The notes under the pieces were generated by a model that saw only the letters and a list, made by a program, of their open reading frames with translations, ran no database searches and was not told where the DNA came from. The translations under genes were made by a program, and so were the position numbers. 32,000 nucleotides of DNA from Candidatus Saccharimonadota bacterium (lineage in GTDB: Archaea; Micrarchaeota; Micrarchaeia; Micrarchaeales; Micrarchaeaceae), in contig AP024486.1 in the NCBI GenBank assembly GCA_021654395.1, forward strand, positions 570,001 through 602,000, in the 5' to 3' direction. This document shows positions 28,054 through 32,000 of this stretch, piece by piece; position 1 is the first letter of the stretch, and each line of letters starts with the position of its first letter.

Positions 28054-28693
28054 TTATAATCCTCCATAGCCTGCTGATCCATTTAAAGCACTTATTAGTG
28101 GCGCTGACATTTCAGACTGCACTGTTTTTACTGTTAATATTATAACAATTATTATAAAAAGTAGTATGAATGTTCCAAATGCTCTACCTATACTTATACG
28201 TAATTGATTAGATAATACTGTTATTAGTGTATTTAAAGTTGGCTATAAATAATCCTATAGCAACTACAAAATTCAATACAGGTATATTAAGAAGCCAGAA
28301 TAGTATGGTGTATGGAAATCCCCCATATACAAATGCTGTGTAAACGTGACTAAAGTCAGATCTATATATTCTAAGTATCTTACCAATTATTAGATGGTAT
28401 ACAGTAGCATAGATTAATAATGCGAAAGGTACTGGTATATACTCTAATAGAGCAAGTATTATTCCATATGTAGTAATTGATAAGGAGTTAATAATTCTTA
28501 AATTAGAATAATTTGGTATTAAAGAAGCAAGCAGAATATTAATGATTATGCATAATAATAATGGTATCAACCCAAGCTTATACAGATTTATTATACCTGA
28601 CTTTATAGTCATCGTATCGTTTGTATGTATAATTGGGTTCATTATTACATCTATTGCATTCTTATATGATTCTAGAAATGAATTTTCTAGCAT
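28054..28693 (-). pseudogene. Yip1-domain-like membrane protein (paralogue 3), interrupted by a 1-nt insertion
   Basis: The likely start is ATG at 28693 (MLENSFLESYKNAIDV..). The frame ends prematurely at 28208. Relative to paralogue 2 there is one extra C in GCCAAC (~28238-28243). After correcting for it, the reading ATLNTLITVLSNQLRISIGRAFGTFILLFII..SAPLISALNGSAGYGGL* continues to the stop at 28054-28056. Confidence 0.7.
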
Positions 28694-29483
28694 AATACCA
28701 CAATCAAAAATAATATTAAAGCAAATATATTTAAATATTAATTTAAAAGCATACATGCTATTTAAATAATCTATTGTATAGAGAGTAGTGACATTTTCCT
28801 ATTTTATCTTGTCACACTCTACTCTTATCTTTTATCAAGTTCTTTTCCTCTCCTTTTCTTTCCTCTCTTTCCAGCTTATATAATCTTCCGGTTTCTCTTT
28901 ATTTTGAATCATTATTTTACTCTTTTCTCTCTATCATTTTATTTATTCTTAGTACTTGAATAGAAGATATTCTATAGTAATCTCTCTTCGAACTAATTTC
29001 TTTGTTACATTTTAAAAAGAGGATAAATAAATTTTACTCTTTTATTGTCTTTCTCTATTATGGTAAACTGGTTAAGTTAATGTGAGAGCGTGAGCAGTAG
29101 TTTGCGGTTTTAAAGTGTTAAACGATCATTAGTAGTGCTTAAGATAATATAAATAATATATTATCATTAACTTTAATTTATATTAAATCTTTAAATTTGC
29201 AGTTGCATGTTTGCTTGAAAAATCTTTTAAATACCAATCGATTTCAAGAGAATTTCAAGAAAGCCCAATTTGAATACGAGTCGCCTAAACTTAAAAAACT
29301 TCTATGAAGATAAATACCTTTGATTATAAATATAACTGAAATTTAAATGATTTGTAAGAAGCGTATCAAAACTTTATCTTGATATTACTTATTCTTTCCA
29401 TCTATCTAACTCATTTCACAAAGAAGAACTAAATAGTATGGTAAGTATTTAAATCATTTCTGAATTAATTTAAAGGAGAGATA

Positions 29484-29678
29484 ATGATAAAGTATTGTCC
29501 AAGTTGTGGAAAACCTAACCTGAACGATGTAGCTTTATTTACAAGCTGTGGTTACAATCTGAAGCAATCCAACCAAATATCAACAAAGACCTATCAGTCA
29601 TCAACGCCATCTACATGGTACTATACTAACTACAATAGACTATCAGGACATTTAAGCCCAACTCATAGAAACCTTTAA
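29484..29678 (+). CDS. degenerate zinc-ribbon protein (64 aa), probably the detached N-terminus of the next gene
   Basis: The SD GGAG (29475-29478) precedes the ATG. The first knuckle CPSCG is intact, but the second reads FTSCG, with only one Cys. A Ser/Thr/Gln-rich linker follows. It ends inside a duplicated segment. Confidence 0.5.
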   Translation: MIKYCPSCGKPNLNDVALFTSCGYNLKQSNQISTKTYQSSTPSTWYYTNYNRLSGHLSPTHRNL

Positions 29679-29714
29679 ATACTTGTACTATACTAACTGC
29701 AATAGACTATCAGG
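29618..29714 (+). repeat. 30-nt direct repeat pair (29/30 identical) separated by 37 nt
   Basis: GTACTATACTAACTACAATAGACTATCAGG (29618-29647) matches GTACTATACTAACTGCAATAGACTATCAGG (29685-29714). The offset is 67 nt. Confidence 0.8.
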
Positions 29715-29724
29715 TGGAAAGATA

Positions 29725-30330
29725 ATGATGAATGCCATGAGCTCCAAGCCTATTGTGGCTGCAGTGATCACTGTGATTGGCTTGATCATAGTCTTATTCT
29801 TTGTATTGCTCAGTCCATACCATTCATCCAATTACGAGATGATATCTGCTTCTCAAGCTGCTTCTGTACTTGGTGGTAAATGGACCATTATGACAAATGC
29901 ATCTGGAACTGTAACGCCAATCAATTCCACCGCATCTAAAGTCTCATTTGCCAATGGTACTACTAGGGTTGTGAGCGATTCTTCCCTCGGGCTAGGCCAT
30001 TATGGCATGGAAAATTCGTTTCTTGTTCCGAACTCACAGCTTCTAATTGAGTCTCTAGCAGGAATAAACACCACTTATGGAAACATGACATTATTCGTCT
30101 TCAAGTATACAACTCCAAATTCCACGTTTGCAGAGTCTATATTTAACTCGATTAAATCTAATTTTAGCGAAGGTTCTCCTCCCACTACAATTAATGGATA
30201 TAATGTCTATACCACTCACATCGGCTTTGTAATAGGAATAAAAGGCAATCAAATAGTTCTGGTAGCAGAATCAAGCGACTTCTTATTTCCAAATTCCGCA
30301 TTGCAAAAACTATTTGCCTATGCTACATAA
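29725..30330 (+). CDS. N-terminally anchored extracytoplasmic protein rich in N-glycosylation sequons
   Basis: The track ORF starts at TTG 29683; ATG 29725 or 29728 is more likely. It has one TM helix (PIVAAVITVIGLIIVLFFVLL) followed by a soluble domain with seven N-x-S/T sequons (NAS, NST, NGT, NTT, NMT, NST, NFS). It is visibly more GC-rich and uses different codons than its neighbours. Confidence 0.7.
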   Translation: MMNAMSSKPIVAAVITVIGLIIVLFFVLLSPYHSSNYEMISASQAASVLGGKWTIMTNASGTVTPINSTASKVSFANGTTRVVSDSSLGLGHYGMENSFLVPNSQLLIESLAGINTTYGNMTLFVFKYTTPNSTFAESIFNSIKSNFSEGSPPTTINGYNVYTTHIGFVIGIKGNQIVLVAESSDFLFPNSALQKLFAYAT

Positions 30331-30335
30331 ACTAG

Positions 30336-30350
30336 TTTTCTTTTTTTCTT
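30336..30350 (+). terminator. oligo-T tract
   Basis: TTTTCTTTTTTTCTT begins 6 nt after the TAA at 30328-30330. Confidence 0.4.
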
Positions 30351-30934
30351 GAATTCGTTTCTCTAATCTCAATCATTTTTTCTTGGTTCTCTATATTTTT
30401 CTACTTACCAAAGTAGTGTATTTAGTAAAACATTTAGCTTAACAGTTTCTTGGCATTGCTCGCTAAGGTAGCGGTTTTTATAATCTATGTTAGCTCCAGA
30501 ACTATTAAGTATATCTTAATAATGATAGTTGCATTAGAATTATTTATTTCGGCCATTTACTAAGTATTAGTATATTATCTTCTCTTGAAATTTCAAACAA
30601 TCTAGAAAGGAATTTGTTTTCATGATAGCTTATTCCAATATTCATTGCTATTTTTCTAATAAGATAGCACATATATTTTGAGTATTTTTTCTAGATCTTT
30701 TATACTGTTACATTCCAAAACTTGAAAATCCAAGGAAGAATTTAGAGACATGCTACTTTTTCATTTGAATTTGACTACTTTCCCTTCTGAAAAAATTTGT
30801 TGTTAATAAGATTGCTTAAAGTAGTGCATCTTTTGCATTTTAAGATAGATAATTTTTATTTTGTTAAGTATCAAACTAATAACATCTAAACAATGATAGC
30901 TGAATATTAATAATAATTTAGAAATTGCTTATAC

Positions 30935-32000
30935 TTACTTAATATGCTTTATTTGTTTTCTCCTATTTCTTCTTGTTCTTCTATGTTTTTCTCTTTCTTT
31001 AATTCTTCCAGTCTCTCTTTCGTATGCTTCAAATATTGAATCTATTGTTAAAATTCCTTGTAATTTATTGTTTTCTACTACTGGTATCCATCTTGATTTA
31101 TTTCTTCCAAGTACTTCTAATGCATGTTCTAGTGAAGATGAGTAGGATACATAAGGAGAACCTAATGTTACATATTTAGATATTTTATCTGATCTTTTTT
31201 TGTTTTCTATATCTCTTAGATAAAGAATGCCAATGAAGCTATTATTTGAATCTATTACTGGTAAACTTGCTAGGTTATTTTCGCTCATTAATTTGATTGC
31301 TTCTTCTAATGTATTGTTTATGAAGATTTTTATATTATCTATTTTACAATCTTTAACCTTTAATTTTTCCATTATTGGTACTTCATACTCTACTTTATCT
31401 GCTGGAGAATCTTTTCTGGTAGGATATTGTGATGGATATAATGAATATCTTCCTGTTATCACATATGCTATTACTACTGCTATCATTTCTCCAGGTAGTA
31501 ATTGTAGTGACGCTGTCATCTCTGTTACTATAATTATAACTGAAACTGGTGTTTTTGCCGGTGCTCCAAACATTGTGAGTAATCCTATTATAACAAATGG
31601 GGCTACTGTTGGTATTATAGCAGGGAAAAGAATATGAAATATTTCTCCATAAGATGCTCCTATTAATGCTCCTATCTCAAAAGCTGGAGCTTCTATTCCT
31701 CCACTACCACCTGAGCCTATAGTTAATGAAGATGAAATCATTTTTACTATTGCTAATAAAAAAAGAAATAGAATTAATGGTATTCCAAAAGTGTTTATTA
31801 CACTGAAATTTCCTTTATAAAGTATATAATCCCAACCATATCCTGTTCCGATTATTTCTGGAAGTATTATCATAGGAATTCCTGCTAATAGACCACCTAT
31901 AGCTGGTTTTACAAAGTTCGGTAATTTAGTTTTCTTGAAGAGTGTGGTAATAGAGGAGTATATTTTTACAAATACTATGGATAGTATACCTATTACTATG
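30935..32000 (-). CDS. ClC-family chloride channel/antiporter, C-terminal part with a CBS-domain pair (5' end off the right edge)
   Basis: The frame stays open upstream of the track's ATG (31873) to the window edge (..IVIGILSIVFVKIYSSITTLFKKTKLPNFVKPAIGGLLAGIPMIILPEIIGTGYGW). ClC motifs are PxxGGLL, GxGY, K..sssLTIGSGGSGG-IEAP and GA.AKTPVS.III.TEMT. Two CBS-like repeats follow (LEEAIKLMSENNLASLPVID.. and LEHALEVLGRNKSRWIPVVE..). Confidence 0.85.
   Translation of the reverse strand, partial: IVIGILSIVFVKIYSSITTLFKKTKLPNFVKPAIGGLLAGIPMIILPEIIGTGYGWDYILYKGNFSVINTFGIPLILFLFLLAIVKMISSSLTIGSGGSGGIEAPAFEIGALIGASYGEIFHILFPAIIPTVAPFVIIGLLTMFGAPAKTPVSVIIIVTEMTASLQLLPGEMIAVVIAYVITGRYSLYPSQYPTRKDSPADKVEYEVPIMEKLKVKDCKIDNIKIFINNTLEEAIKLMSENNLASLPVIDSNNSFIGILYLRDIENKKRSDKISKYVTLGSPYVSYSSSLEHALEVLGRNKSRWIPVVENNKLQGILTIDSIFEAYERETGRIKEREKHRRTRRNRRKQIKHIK

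Noticed and set aside
28800-28990. Long pyrimidine-rich (CT) tract on the plus strand, with a 25-aa minus-strand ORF (MIQNKEKPEDYISWKERKEKERKRT)
   Set aside because: The ORF is too short and too low in complexity to support as a gene. The tract is more likely eroded coding sequence or a spacer. A similar short HTH-like 42-aa minus-strand ORF near 30570-30700 was also left uncalled.
29241-29260. Tandem ATTTCAAGAG / AATTTCAAGA decamer
   Set aside because: There are only two imperfect units in a long spacer, with no associated feature.
5741-31637. Other antisense track ORFs (5741-5956, 6246-6449, 7446-7700, 9704-9946, 10924-11106, 12926-13135, 16815-17027, 17292-17723, 19918-20187, 20707-20937, 23439-23648, 24479-24676, 24619-24816, 27409-27603, 28542-28769, 31227-31637)
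   Set aside because: Each lies within, and opposite or out of frame to, a longer and better supported ORF, and each has low-complexity composition.
1-32000. CRISPR arrays, rRNA genes, IS elements or transposases, integrases
   Set aside because: I found no regularly spaced 25-40 nt repeats. The only tandem repeats are 15-mers and 11-mers present in 2-3 copies. No ORF shows DDE, tyrosine-recombinase or serine-recombinase motifs.

Overview
This is a strongly AT-rich window with archaeal hallmarks: TTTAAATA/TTTATATA-type TATA boxes about 25-40 nt before starts, GGTGA-type Shine-Dalgarno motifs, a tRNA with an insertion in its T-loop, and a COG1373-type ATPase. It also encodes DNA gyrase, so a euryarchaeal or DPANN-like lineage is the best guess, but that is inference only. 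Positions 1-5150 are housekeeping: an edge-truncated pyruvate kinase (minus strand, absent from the ORF track), gyrB-gyrA, and tRNA-Arg(TCG). From about 5.2 kb to 30.3 kb the window is mostly family-less ORFs, duplicated gene families and decaying genes. A few recognisable genes are interspersed: a UbiE-like methyltransferase, a CDGSH Fe-S protein, a COG1373/DUF4143 ATPase, a DUF255 thioredoxin-domain protein, a PIN-nuclease gene pair and a wHTH regulator. A ClC channel with CBS domains runs off the right edge. The most notable observations are: (1) two full-length paralogous ~800-aa helical proteins sharing a C-terminal domain with an invariant Cys and His that I cannot assign to a family; (2) a three-member Yip1-like membrane-protein family with mosaic identity blocks and one frameshifted copy; (3) near-identical 32-33 nt palindromes flanking the ATPase gene; (4) a tRNA-Arg with a ~13-nt T-loop insertion; (5) an isolated GC-rich hairpin island that is a candidate ncRNA; (6) many disrupted genes, with three in-frame stops, several frameshifts, and a 67-nt insertion splitting a zinc-ribbon membrane protein. 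I recognised no CRISPR array, rRNA, transposase or integrase. All family calls come from motif recognition by eye, with no database search.
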